DNA of 24,000 nucleotides from Candidatus Caccopulliclostridium gallistercoris (GCA_018713725.1 DVOJ01000014.1:39839-63838); one strand, 5' to 3'; numbered from the stretch's first letter, positions 15,034-23,426 are shown. Made by a program: numbers and translations. Notes: generated by a model from the letters alone, not told the origin.

Positions 15034-15062
15034 ATTATACCACATATTAAAAATAATTGCAA
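15034..15062 (-). promoter_or_regulatory. Near-consensus extended -10 sigma-A promoter driving the OLE-like RNA
   Basis: On the minus strand: TTGCAA (15062..15057), 17 nt, TGgTATAAT (-10 at 15039..15034). The predicted TSS at about 15027 coincides with the first base of the terminal helix. The -35 begins 1 nt after the xseB stop codon. Confidence 0.65.
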
Positions 15063-15063
15063 A

Positions 15064-15267
15064 CTATTCTTCACTAGATAAAAGTTTTTCAAGGTTATCT
15101 CTTATAACTGTAATTTTCCCTTTGCTAGAATTAAATTCTTTGTAAAGTGTTTCTGCAAGCTCACTTCCCCTTTCAAAGAGCTTAGTTCCTTCTTCTAATC
15201 CAATTTTACCAGATTCTAACTTTTCTATTATTTCGTCTAATTCCTTATTTCCTTCTTCAAAAGTCAT
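15064..15267 (-). CDS. xseB: Exodeoxyribonuclease VII small subunit
   Basis: 67-aa helical protein with the XseB pattern FEE...ELE.IV..LE.G...LEE....F..G. A Shine-Dalgarno AGGAGG lies upstream, and the gene sits directly after xseA. Confidence 0.9.
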   Translation of the reverse strand: MTFEEGNKELDEIIEKLESGKIGLEEGTKLFERGSELAETLYKEFNSSKGKITVIRDNLEKLLSSEE

Positions 15268-15269
15268 AT

Positions 15270-16382
15270 CTACCTCCTAACCACATCTATACTGCCATCA
15301 GCTAGCGTTACTAACAAATTCTCCCCTACGCTTGTTTCTTCCACGCTCGTTATAACCTTATCACCTTTACTTACTTTTGCATAGCCAAGCCGCATTATTT
15401 CTTTTGGGTTTAATTTTGAAAGCTTGGCAGTTTTTAGCGACAACATATATTCCCTTTCATTTAAAAAACTTTCTTGAACATTATATAGAAGTTTTAAATT
15501 GTGCACAAATTTAATTTTCAAACCGTTATACAAGTTAGAAGCCGCCCTAGAAAGCCTAGATATTTTATCTATTAAATTATATCTTTTAGACAAAACGTCT
15601 TCCGTAACTAGTTCGGCTGCCGCACTAGGCGTTGGAGCTCGCAAGTCTGATACAAAATCTATAATAGTAAAATCCGTTTCGTGCCCTACTGCAGAAACTA
15701 CGGGCTTATTAGCTGCAAACACCGCTCTTGCAACAACTTCCGTATTAAACGGCTGCAAATCTTCAAGCGAGCCACCGCCACGAGCAACTATCATAACGTC
15801 TACACCATCGTAGTCTGAAAAGAAGTTAATACCTTTAACTATGCTAAGCTCTGCCATAGCACCCTGCACTTTTACTGGATAAAGTACAATATCAACATTT
15901 GGATTTCTTCTTTTTACAATGTTTATAATATCTTGAATTACAGCACCAGTCTCCGAAGTAACCACACCTATTCTTTTAATGCTCTTGGGGTCTATTATCT
16001 TTTTATGTTTAGAATCAAAAAGCCCTTCGTCTTCTAGCGTTTGTTTAAGTTTTAAAAACTGTTCAAACAAATTTCCCATGCCGTAAGGCGTAATTTTATT
16101 TACGTTAAAATTTAGCCTTCCGCCCTTTACGTAATATCTAGGGCTTCCGCGAACTATAACCATATCGCCGTTTCGAACAGACTGCAAATTAGCACCATCA
16201 AAACAAACGCAAGAAAGAAGTGCATTTTCATCTTTTAAACTAAAATACGCTATCCCCCTAGATATAGAAAAATCGGAGACTTCTCCAAAAACACTTATGT
16301 TTTGCAAAAGTTCTTCCGCATCAAAAATTTGTTTAAAATACGTTGAAATCTGAGTAACCGAAATTGCCTTTTCTTCTATCAT
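15270..16382 (-). CDS. xseA: Exodeoxyribonuclease VII large subunit
   Basis: N-terminal OB fold (ISVTQISTYFKQIFD...VFGEVSDFS), then a catalytic core (RIGVVTSETGAVIQDI, ARGGGSLEDL, SAVGHETDFTI.D.V.D.RAPTPSAAAE). I chose the start at ATG 16382, 1 nt after the nusB stop, rather than TTG 16403. Confidence 0.9.
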   Translation of the reverse strand: MIEEKAISVTQISTYFKQIFDAEELLQNISVFGEVSDFSISRGIAYFSLKDENALLSCVCFDGANLQSVRNGDMVIVRGSPRYYVKGGRLNFNVNKITPYGMGNLFEQFLKLKQTLEDEGLFDSKHKKIIDPKSIKRIGVVTSETGAVIQDIINIVKRRNPNVDIVLYPVKVQGAMAELSIVKGINFFSDYDGVDVMIVARGGGSLEDLQPFNTEVVARAVFAANKPVVSAVGHETDFTIIDFVSDLRAPTPSAAAELVTEDVLSKRYNLIDKISRLSRAASNLYNGLKIKFVHNLKLLYNVQESFLNEREYMLSLKTAKLSKLNPKEIMRLGYAKVSKGDKVITSVEETSVGENLLVTLADGSIDVVRR

Positions 16383-16383
16383 A

Positions 16384-16770
16384 TTATTTAACAACCTTTG
16401 CAAGTACGCCGTTTATAAAGCTACCGCTTTTATCTGTGGAATATTTTTTGGCAAGGTTTAAAACTTCGTTTATAACAACAGCAGGCGGAGTTTTTACAAA
16501 CTTTATTTCACTAACCGCAAGATATAAAAGAGCTAAATCTACCTTATAAACCCTATCTAACTCGTAGCCTTCGCAGCATTCTTTTACCGTCTCTTCCACA
16601 TATTTACTGTTGTCTTCAAAAGCCTTTATAAGCTCGTTATAAAAAGCTAAATCTTGCTCGTTTAAAGCCTTCTCTTCGCTTATTGCATTAAAAGACAGAG
16701 AATCATCTCCGTCCTTAAAAAGTTTTTCAAATATTATCTTAAAAGCAAACTCACGCGCGTCTGTACGCAT
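16384..16770 (-). CDS. nusB: Transcription antitermination factor NusB
   Basis: 128 aa. It opens with R..ARE.A...L(F/Y) and has the C-terminal signature (INEVLNLAKKYS...SGSFINGVL). Confidence 0.9.
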   Translation of the reverse strand: MRTDAREFAFKIIFEKLFKDGDDSLSFNAISEEKALNEQDLAFYNELIKAFEDNSKYVEETVKECCEGYELDRVYKVDLALLYLAVSEIKFVKTPPAVVINEVLNLAKKYSTDKSGSFINGVLAKVVK

Positions 16771-16779
16771 ACCTTCCCC

Positions 16780-17151
16780 CTAAACCACAACTTCTTCCTT
16801 AAATTTTACATCAACTATATGGACGTTGACCTTAGATGCCTTCATGTCCACCATAGACGCAATGTTATTCTTTACGTTTTCTTGCACCCTATAAGCTATG
16901 TCTGGAATGCTGAAACCGTTATAAACTTTTATATAAACGTCTACAAACAAATTTCCATTTTGGTCAAAGTTTACCTTAACGCCGTCAAAACCCTTTTTAG
17001 AAAATAGTTTTGCTATTGGGTTTTTAAATTTATTTGTAAGTGCTGCCACTCCGCTTATTTCCTTTGTGGCAAGATTTATTATAGAAAGCAGTATATTTTT
17101 ATTACAAGTTATTTTGCCTTTGTTTGTATAATCCTTTTTTATCTCTGCCAT
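16780..17151 (-). CDS. Asp23/Gls24 family (alkaline shock protein-like, DUF322) protein
   Basis: 123 aa with the pattern I...I...A..E.SGVA.L, followed by GVKV....G.L.VD.YI.V.YG..IP......Q..V. The position upstream of nusB matches B. subtilis yqhY. Confidence 0.85.
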   Translation of the reverse strand: MAEIKKDYTNKGKITCNKNILLSIINLATKEISGVAALTNKFKNPIAKLFSKKGFDGVKVNFDQNGNLFVDVYIKVYNGFSIPDIAYRVQENVKNNIASMVDMKASKVNVHIVDVKFKEEVVV

Positions 17152-17168
17152 ATAATCTCCTTGCTTGA

Positions 17169-17198
17169 ATTATATCATATATTCAAATTTTTAATCAA
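17169..17198 (-). promoter_or_regulatory. Sigma-A-type extended -10 promoter for the asp23-like / nusB / xseA / xseB operon
   Basis: On the minus strand: TTGATT (17198..17193), 18 nt, TGaTATAAT (-10 at 17174..17169), then a short leader with an AAGGAG Shine-Dalgarno before ATG 17151. Confidence 0.6.
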
Positions 17199-17230
17199 GC
17201 GTTTTTCAAATAAATACATTTAAATAGCAA

Positions 17231-17269
17231 AAGGCTAAGGCAGTATTTTTACCTAACTACCCTAGCCTT
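17231..17269 (-). terminator. Terminator-like hairpin after spoIIIAH
   Basis: A 10-bp minus-strand stem AAGGCUAGGG / CCUUAGCCUU (one G-U pair) has a 19-nt loop and is followed by UUGCUAUUU. The U-tract is imperfect. Confidence 0.5.
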
Positions 17270-17287
17270 GTTTTATACTCTTTAATT

Positions 17288-17761
17288 TTATTCAACTGGT
17301 ATTACTTTAACCATATTGGAAGTGTAATCTGTGCTATCTTTAATAAGCTTTAAGATTTGATTTGCTTGTTCAAAGGTAAGTTCTCCAGATTTAACTATTA
17401 CGTTTATATAATTTGTGGAGGTTGTTACTATTGCATCTTGATAGCCTAAACTTTTAATTGAGTATTCAAGTGCAAGGTCAGATTCCATTTGTTCCATAAG
17501 CGCAAGCTTTGCAGCTTCTGCCTCGCGTTTCCCTTCTTCCGTAGTATCTGCACTTGCTATCATAGCATCGTAAGTAGCAAGCATTTCTTCACGTGTAGCG
17601 GCCCTATCCGTTCTATAACTATCAAAATAGTTATAAGATGTAATATTGCTTCCACCAGCATCTACCACCCTGTTATTTAAAGCTATGTTTAAATAACCCG
17701 TAACACCAAGAAGCACCACCATTGCAACTAAAATAATAATTTTTGTCCTTTTCTTTAACAT
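17288..17761 (-). CDS. spoIIIAH: Stage III sporulation protein AH
   Basis: Last gene of the spoIIIA operon. It has an N-terminal anchor MLKKRTKIIILVAMVVLLGV and a C-terminal YscJ/FliF-like domain (DAIVTTSTNYINVIVKS...). A Shine-Dalgarno AAAGGAGAG lies upstream. Confidence 0.7.
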   Translation of the reverse strand: MLKKRTKIIILVAMVVLLGVTGYLNIALNNRVVDAGGSNITSYNYFDSYRTDRAATREEMLATYDAMIASADTTEEGKREAEAAKLALMEQMESDLALEYSIKSLGYQDAIVTTSTNYINVIVKSGELTFEQANQILKLIKDSTDYTSNMVKVIPVE

Positions 17762-17778
17762 AACACTCTCCTTTATTT

Positions 17779-18180
17779 TTATTTCCCAACTAATATTTCT
17801 ATATTAGTAGTAGGCAAATTTAGTAAGGCTTCACACGCCTTTAAAATTTCCAGCTTAACCTTGTAGTTATCCGCTCCGCCAGCCACAACTATAACAGAGC
17901 TAATTTTTGGCACTACGCCGCTTTCAAGTTCCGCACCTTCCGCAAGCATAACCATAACTTCAACATTTCCTGCCCCGTCTATATTTGAAAGCACGTTTTC
18001 TAGCCTGTTTTCAAGTTCATATGCGTATCCGCTTCCAGAAGTCTCTTCATAAGCCTTTCCTGTGTTTATAGTTGTTAAGTAAAGCGTAAGAAGAATAATT
18101 CCAAAAAGCACGGCGACTAGTATTTCAATATGTTTTATACTTTTTAACTTTTTAAACATTTTTTCAAAAAAGTTACTCAT
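17779..18180 (-). CDS. spoIIIAG: Stage III sporulation protein AG (unusually short form)
   Basis: 133 aa with a single N-terminal TM. The core YELENRLENVLSNIDGAGNVEVMVML...VPKISSVIVVAGGADNYKVKLEILKACEALLNLPTTNIEI aligns by eye with the B. subtilis SpoIIIAG ring-building motif (GVDDVSVVVNV...IRGVLVVAQGVDN...). Confidence 0.75.
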   Translation of the reverse strand: MSNFFEKMFKKLKSIKHIEILVAVLFGIILLTLYLTTINTGKAYEETSGSGYAYELENRLENVLSNIDGAGNVEVMVMLAEGAELESGVVPKISSVIVVAGGADNYKVKLEILKACEALLNLPTTNIEILVGK

Positions 18181-18649
18181 TGAAAATAATAATCACCTCC
18201 TCTCCTACAAGCCGATTAACTACTTCGGTTATCGCTTTCTCTATATCTATATGTCCAGAATTTTCATCTATTACTAAATCAGATAAATCGACATTAACTT
18301 CCAAAATTTTCATTTCAATTTGAAAGATATCTGCATTAATAGTAACTACCACATTTTTTATACCCTTCTCTTCTAAACTAGAAGTTATCTCTTCTTCTAA
18401 CGCCGTGAGTTTATCTCTATTTACTTGATAGATATAGTCTTCTTGTAAAACAATTTCTTCGCTTTCAAAAATGTCGTTCACATTGAAGTTCCCTTTAATT
18501 AATGCTGGAAGTGGAGAAATTATGACAAGTATCATAACAAATGCAAATATGTTTTTTATGTACTTTGCAGTTTGTCCGCTAGGCAAAATTAAATCTACAA
18601 CCACTGAAAGTATGGTAACTCCTGCAATAGATAAAATCCACGCGGTCAT
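18173..18649 (-). CDS. spoIIIAF: Stage III sporulation protein AF
   Basis: 158 aa with two N-terminal TMs and a D.ILPSG...KYIK pattern like B. subtilis SpoIIIAF (D.LLPSS..QKYAK). Operon position supports the call, and a Shine-Dalgarno AAAGGAGAG lies upstream. Confidence 0.7.
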   Translation of the reverse strand: MTAWILSIAGVTILSVVVDLILPSGQTAKYIKNIFAFVMILVIISPLPALIKGNFNVNDIFESEEIVLQEDYIYQVNRDKLTALEEEITSSLEEKGIKNVVVTINADIFQIEMKILEVNVDLSDLVIDENSGHIDIEKAITEVVNRLVGEEVIIIFNE

Positions 18650-18661
18650 ATATCTCTCCTT

Positions 18662-19846
18662 TTATATAAAGTTTCCCGTGCTAATAATAAGCCCCATAAA
18701 AATTAAGTACATAAACGCAACGCCAATAATAAGCACAATAGGCATTATTAAGCTTTTTGCCACACCATTAATAAAGTTAGAAATTCTTGAATCAGTTAAG
18801 GGCTCTAAAATGCCAGCTGTAAGTTTTAAGCAAAGCATTAATAACACAATTTCCACCACTGGCACAATTACGCTAGAAAACATCAAGAGTAACCCACTTG
18901 CGCCAATTGCGTTTTTTATAAGAATAGAGCTTGCCATTATAACGTTAAAGCCTTCGGATAAATATCCGCCAAGAATTGGAATATAGCTTCTAATAGCATA
19001 TTTTGCCGTACGTATAGACACTGTATCTAAGCTGCCAGCAGTAATTCCCTGAATAATTAAAAAGCCTATAAAAATTGTAAAAACAGCGCCTGTTATCCAT
19101 TTAAATAAACTATTAAAGAAATTAGAAAACTTTTCAAGTTTTACCGATGGCGATAAATTCGAAATAACAGTAAACACAAGAGAAAATATAAATAGTGGCA
19201 TAAGCACTAAGGTAAATATTTGCATTATAGTGCCAGAAAATAGTGCCACAGCGGGCTGATATACACCCACAGACGCCGTTCCACCAATTGCGGTTAGAAT
19301 TGTTAATAGTATTGGAAAGGCTATGTCAATTTGCTCCTTTAACCCTTGAAGCGTACTAGAAGTTAAAGTTAAAACGTTAGTACAAGCACTTACCACTAAA
19401 ACAATAATTACGCCATAGCAAACAAAATGAGTTATGTCGGCAATAGATTTTGAATTTGTTCCCCTTAAATCCCCTACCATGCCAGAAAGTATTGCAACAG
19501 CTATTATAGTAGCAATTAATGGCAAAAAATTTAAAAGTTCGTCAAATATAAGTTTTAAAATCGCTTCCCAAACGCTGCCAGCGTTGTCTGTAAACTCTCC
19601 ACTTAAAATGCTTTGAAGTTTTTCTATAAAACTAGTAGAACCGAATATTCCACTTTGCTGGCTGTTTAAATTACTTAATATACTTTCAAGTCCGCTTAGG
19701 TCCAAGTCTTCAAGCTGCCCGTTAACGTTATCTTCTATTTCACTAATAAGCTCTTCTTCACTTTCTGCGTAAGCTACCGTTCCAATATTAAAAAGTGGCA
19801 AACCAATTAAAAACGCTATGCTTAAAAAAATTAAGAATTTTTTCAT
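18662..19846 (-). CDS. spoIIIAE: Stage III sporulation protein AE
   Basis: 394 aa with a signal peptide, a soluble N-terminal domain and then about 7 TMs. The ATGA start/stop overlap with spoIIIAD and the size and topology match SpoIIIAE. Confidence 0.85.
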   Translation of the reverse strand: MKKFLIFLSIAFLIGLPLFNIGTVAYAESEEELISEIEDNVNGQLEDLDLSGLESILSNLNSQQSGIFGSTSFIEKLQSILSGEFTDNAGSVWEAILKLIFDELLNFLPLIATIIAVAILSGMVGDLRGTNSKSIADITHFVCYGVIIVLVVSACTNVLTLTSSTLQGLKEQIDIAFPILLTILTAIGGTASVGVYQPAVALFSGTIMQIFTLVLMPLFIFSLVFTVISNLSPSVKLEKFSNFFNSLFKWITGAVFTIFIGFLIIQGITAGSLDTVSIRTAKYAIRSYIPILGGYLSEGFNVIMASSILIKNAIGASGLLLMFSSVIVPVVEIVLLMLCLKLTAGILEPLTDSRISNFINGVAKSLIMPIVLIIGVAFMYLIFMGLIISTGNFI

Positions 19847-20226
19847 AACAAGCCCACCACTATTTCAACTATATTCGTAATAATAGGCATACTCATAAAA
19901 AGTATGATAATCTTTCCAGCAAGCAAAATTTTATCTGCCAAACTACTACTTCCCGTGTCAGCACAAATATTTGCCGCAAATTCCGTTAAATAGCCAACTC
20001 CAACTATCTTTAATACAATGGAAAACAAGTTTGAAGACAAGCCTGTTTTATCTACTATAACCTTAAACACGTCAAAAATTTGGGCGACGTAATCGACGAC
20101 CATTAAAAGTATTACAACGCCGCCGGCTATCATAATTATAGAAGCAACGTCAGGCTTTACCTGCCTAACAATTAAGCCAGCTATACACGTTATTAACCCT
20201 ATACCCAAAATTTTGAATAGATCCAT
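19843..20226 (-). CDS. spoIIIAD: Stage III sporulation protein AD
   Basis: 127-aa 4-TM protein. ILGIGLI...IV....P, KI.G.GY..EF.A..C.D.G and LAGKI.IL....P match B. subtilis SpoIIIAD by eye. Confidence 0.85.
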   Translation of the reverse strand: MDLFKILGIGLITCIAGLIVRQVKPDVASIIMIAGGVVILLMVVDYVAQIFDVFKVIVDKTGLSSNLFSIVLKIVGVGYLTEFAANICADTGSSSLADKILLAGKIIILFMSMPIITNIVEIVVGLL

Positions 20227-20234
20227 ATTCCCCT

Positions 20235-20435
20235 TTAAAAACTAAACAGTGTTTTAACCGTATTGAAGAGTGTTAAAATTAAGTTAAGCACCATAAGAAG
20301 AGAAATTATAAGCCCGGCGAGAGTTGTAAGCGTGGCAATTTCTTCTTTGCCGGAATGCTTTAAAACCTGTCCCACAACTGCGGTTAAAATACCCACTGCC
20401 GCAATTTTAAAAATAATATCTATATCCATTTTCAC
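20235..20435 (-). CDS. spoIIIAC: Stage III sporulation protein AC
   Basis: 66-aa 2-TM protein. IIFKIAAVGILTAVVGQVLKHSGKEE resembles B. subtilis SpoIIIAC VIFQIAGVGIVVAFLHTILDQMGKKE. Confidence 0.85.
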   Translation of the reverse strand: MKMDIDIIFKIAAVGILTAVVGQVLKHSGKEEIATLTTLAGLIISLLMVLNLILTLFNTVKTLFSF

Positions 20436-20439
20436 TCCT

Positions 20440-20928
20440 TTAAAATAGTATTAAAGCTATTAGTAGCCCAAGAATTATACCTAGCTTTAAATAGAGCGTT
20501 CCATACTTTTTCTTTTCTTCCGTGCAAGAGTTTACTATCTCTTGAAATTTAATTTTGCTATTTTCTATCTGCTTAGTTTGGTTATAAACGTCAAGCTTTC
20601 CAAGCTCTGAGAAAAAACATAAAATCACGTGCTTTTCTTCGTCTTTTAAAATTTTTACATCTTTAAAAATCTCTTCGCTGCAAGCCTTACCTTCATTTAA
20701 ACATAGCGTGTATGAATCTAAAATTTTTTTTAGTTCTTTACTATTGCTATTAAACTCTTCTATAATCTTTAAAAGCTTGGCTTTTCCAAAGTTTATATCC
20801 GTATCTAATTTCTCTGAAAAGTTTATTAAACTTGTAAAAAGTTTCAGCCTTGCTATGTAAAATTTAGAAAGTCCATAACCTATATATCCGCAAATAAATA
20901 CTATAACTCCAAGTAAAAAATATTTCAT
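20440..20928 (-). CDS. spoIIIAB: Stage III sporulation protein AB
   Basis: N- and C-terminal TMs flank a helical cytoplasmic domain. I chose the start at ATG 20928, preceded by GGAGGTAGAA (MKYFLLGVIVF...). Operon position supports the call. Confidence 0.75.
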   Translation of the reverse strand: MKYFLLGVIVFICGYIGYGLSKFYIARLKLFTSLINFSEKLDTDINFGKAKLLKIIEEFNSNSKELKKILDSYTLCLNEGKACSEEIFKDVKILKDEEKHVILCFFSELGKLDVYNQTKQIENSKIKFQEIVNSCTEEKKKYGTLYLKLGIILGLLIALILF

Positions 20929-20930
20929 TT

Positions 20931-21839
20931 CTACCTCCAAACAGCAAGCCTAGAAAAGTTTTCATTATAAACACCTTCTATTGTTCCGGGGCCGTTTCTT
21001 TTAGAAAGTAAAACATATCTATCAAATGTATTTTTTAAATCTTGAAAACCTTCCTTAGCTTTAAGTTCTTCTAAATTTCCTGCATGGATTGTAGCTATAA
21101 TTTTTACTCCACAGTTTCCCGCGTATTTTACTGCTTTTATATCTTCTTCTCCACCAATTTCATCGGTTACAATTATATGTGGGTTCATGGCTCTTATACC
21201 TTGCATAAATCCCGTTTTTTTGTCGCTAAAACTAAGCACGTCGGCAAACTTACCAACGTTTAGTTCCATTTTATCGCCTGCAATCTCCCCGCGTTCATCA
21301 ATTATTAAAACGTTGTAAGAGAGGTTTCTAATAGAAAGCTGATTTACAAAATCTCTAATAAAAGTTGTTTTGCCAGCCCCTGGTGGCGAGATAATTAGAG
21401 TATTTTTAACGCCTTCTTCGTCTACTAGGAAGGAGAATGCATCAAGTGAACAATTCTTAATTTCATGTGGAATTCTAATATTAATACTTGTAAAATTATT
21501 TAAGGTTTTTATCTCTCCGTTTTCAACAACAAGCGTACCGGAAATTCCAAGACGCTCCCCACCTTTTAATACTATAAACCCCTTTTTAAGTTCTTCATTT
21601 ATGGAATAAACAGAGAACTCACTTGCCCTAAAAATTATGTCTTCTATCATCTGTTTTGTAGCAATCAAGGCGCTGGATTCCGAAGTTACTAAACCGTTTT
21701 CTCCTAAAAAGTAAGCTTGCCCTTTTACAAAGGCTACAATAGGTTTGTCCATTCTAAGCCTTAACTCATTTAAATTACCATAGTTAAACTTTGTAGTAAT
21801 AATTGTATAAAGTTTATCTCCTAAAACGTCACCAAGCAT
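20931..21839 (-). CDS. spoIIIAA: Stage III sporulation protein AA (secretion-ATPase-like)
   Basis: 302 aa with Walker A ISPPGAGKTT and Walker B LIIDERGE / IVTDEIG. It is the first gene of the 8-gene operon, with a Shine-Dalgarno AGAGGTGA upstream. Confidence 0.9.
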   Translation of the reverse strand: MLGDVLGDKLYTIITTKFNYGNLNELRLRMDKPIVAFVKGQAYFLGENGLVTSESSALIATKQMIEDIIFRASEFSVYSINEELKKGFIVLKGGERLGISGTLVVENGEIKTLNNFTSINIRIPHEIKNCSLDAFSFLVDEEGVKNTLIISPPGAGKTTFIRDFVNQLSIRNLSYNVLIIDERGEIAGDKMELNVGKFADVLSFSDKKTGFMQGIRAMNPHIIVTDEIGGEEDIKAVKYAGNCGVKIIATIHAGNLEELKAKEGFQDLKNTFDRYVLLSKRNGPGTIEGVYNENFSRLAVWR

Positions 21840-21896
21840 AATTCACCTCTTTTGAAGTAAATTATTTTTGAAAACTGCCTAGCATAACAAAATCGC

Positions 21897-21924
21897 AAAA
21901 AAAAATACAATACCAAAAGATATT
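21897..21924 (-). terminator. Intrinsic terminator of efp
   Basis: The minus-strand hairpin CAAUAUC-uuuu-GGUAUUG (7 bp, one G-U pair) is followed by UAUUUUUUUUU. Confidence 0.6.
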
Positions 21925-21950
21925 GCATTTTTAGACATTTTTTATAAATT

Positions 21951-22511
21951 CTATTTAACTCTTTCCATATAGGAACCGTCACGGGTATCAACTCTAATTT
22001 TGTCGCCCTGGTTAACAAATAACGGAACGCTGATTGTATATCCTGTTTCAAGTTTAGCTGGCTTGTAACCCGCCTTAGAAGTATCACCTTGAATTCCTGG
22101 TTCACATTCGGTTACCGTAAGTTCAACAAAGGTTGGTGGTTCTACGCTAAACGCTTCGCCGTTATAAAATTGAAGTGTTGCCATCATGTTTTCAGTAATG
22201 AAGTTCAAAGCATCTTCTACTTGAGACTTATTAAGTGGAATTTGGTCATAAGTTTCCATATCCATAAAGTAGTAAAGTCCACCTTCATTATAAAGATATT
22301 GCATTTCTTTCTTCTCTATAACTGCAACCTTAAATTTATCTGATGGGTTAAAAGTTCTTTCTTGAACTTGTCCAGTTACTATATTTTTAATTTTTGCTCT
22401 AACAAATGGAGAGCCCTTTCCTGGTTTTACATGTAAAAAATCTACTACTAAATAGATAGCTCCGTCCATTTCAAAAGTTACACCTTTGCGAAAATCTCCT
22501 GCTGTAATCAT
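21951..22511 (-). CDS. efp: Translation elongation factor P
   Basis: 186 aa. The N-terminus is (I/L)TAGDFRKG. The KPGKG loop carrying the modified Lys is present ([17 protein letters not shown]), as is the C-terminal OB domain. A Shine-Dalgarno AAGGAG lies upstream. Confidence 0.95.
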   Translation of the reverse strand: MITAGDFRKGVTFEMDGAIYLVVDFLHVKPGKGSPFVRAKIKNIVTGQVQERTFNPSDKFKVAVIEKKEMQYLYNEGGLYYFMDMETYDQIPLNKSQVEDALNFITENMMATLQFYNGEAFSVEPPTFVELTVTECEPGIQGDTSKAGYKPAKLETGYTISVPLFVNQGDKIRVDTRDGSYMERVK

Positions 22512-22565
22512 AAAATCTCCTTAAATTAAAATCTAAAATAGTATAAACTAAAATAACTTTTCTGT

Positions 22566-23426
22566 CTAGTGTTTTTTTGCATTTTCATAAATATTTAGCA
22601 TTTTCATAGCGTCTTCCGCCATAAAATCCGCAGATTCACATATAATTGTAGGCTCTAACTTATAGTCTAAAAGAACTTCTGCAAGCAGTTCAAAATTAGG
22701 TCCGTACAGCTCATCGTCAAAATTCAAATGCTTTATTTCGCCCTTAGCAGAATATTGGATTTTTGAAAAGTGGATATGGCAATTTTTTGTTTTGAACTCT
22801 CCTAGCTTTTCAAAAGAAAGGTCGAAAATTCTTTTGTACTCATCTTTGGAATTAAACTTTCCTGCCGTTAAGCAATTCAAATGACCAAAGTCAAACGTAG
22901 GAATAAGCATTTCGTCTAATGTGCAAAAATCAATTATTTCTTCGGCGTTTCCAATCTGAGAAAACTTCCCCATAGTTTCTGGGCAAATATACTTGTTATT
23001 TAGGTTTATATCCAATTTTTTCAAGCTTTCAATGGTATTTATAAGGCGTTTTTTAGTTAACTCTAATGCTTCCGCCCTTTCCATTTTTCCCTGAGTTGCC
23101 AAATGCACAACTAAATGTTCTCCATTAAACCAATCCAAAAATTTTAGCCCGGTTAACACGTACATAAAAGATTTTTCCGCCATCTCATCAGAAGGGTTAG
23201 CAAAGTTTATGTAAAAAGGCGCATGAGCGCTAATTAAAATGTCGTTTTCCTTTGCTTTTTCGCCAAGTTTAACAGCGGTTTCTTTTGTCATATTGTAGCC
23301 TCTGCCAAAAGAATACTCGTAAGCCGTTAATCCCTTAGATTTTAGCCAAGCAGGCGCTTCTATGGATGATTTATGCCCTTCATCATAGAAAATTTTACTG
23401 TTACCAGATGGTCCAAACCTTATCAT
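22566..23426 (-). CDS. Xylose-isomerase-like TIM-barrel protein, endonuclease IV (AP endonuclease family 2)-related
   Basis: 286 aa. The pattern is FGPSGNS...AYEYSFGRG...SAHAPFYINFA...VVHL...PETMGK...FDFGHLN, with His/Asp/Glu metal-ligand-like positions spaced as in Nfo-type barrels. I assigned the family by pattern only. Confidence 0.6.
   Translation of the reverse strand: MIRFGPSGNSKIFYDEGHKSSIEAPAWLKSKGLTAYEYSFGRGYNMTKETAVKLGEKAKENDILISAHAPFYINFANPSDEMAEKSFMYVLTGLKFLDWFNGEHLVVHLATQGKMERAEALELTKKRLINTIESLKKLDINLNNKYICPETMGKFSQIGNAEEIIDFCTLDEMLIPTFDFGHLNCLTAGKFNSKDEYKRIFDLSFEKLGEFKTKNCHIHFSKIQYSAKGEIKHLNFDDELYGPNFELLAEVLLDYKLEPTIICESADFMAEDAMKMLNIYENAKKH

Noticed and set aside
21840-21950. 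Sigma-E promoter for spoIIIA, and likewise one for spoIIM at 9277..9354
   Set aside because: These are expected from B. subtilis biology. However, I could not find a convincing ATATT ... CATACA-T arrangement by eye, so none is reported rather than forcing a match.
21821-22105. 94-aa minus-strand ORF overlapping the efp 3' end and the efp-spoIIIAA intergenic region
   Set aside because: It is out of frame with efp across 155 nt. It runs through the efp terminator and the spoIIIAA ribosome-binding site, and it has no recognisable motif.
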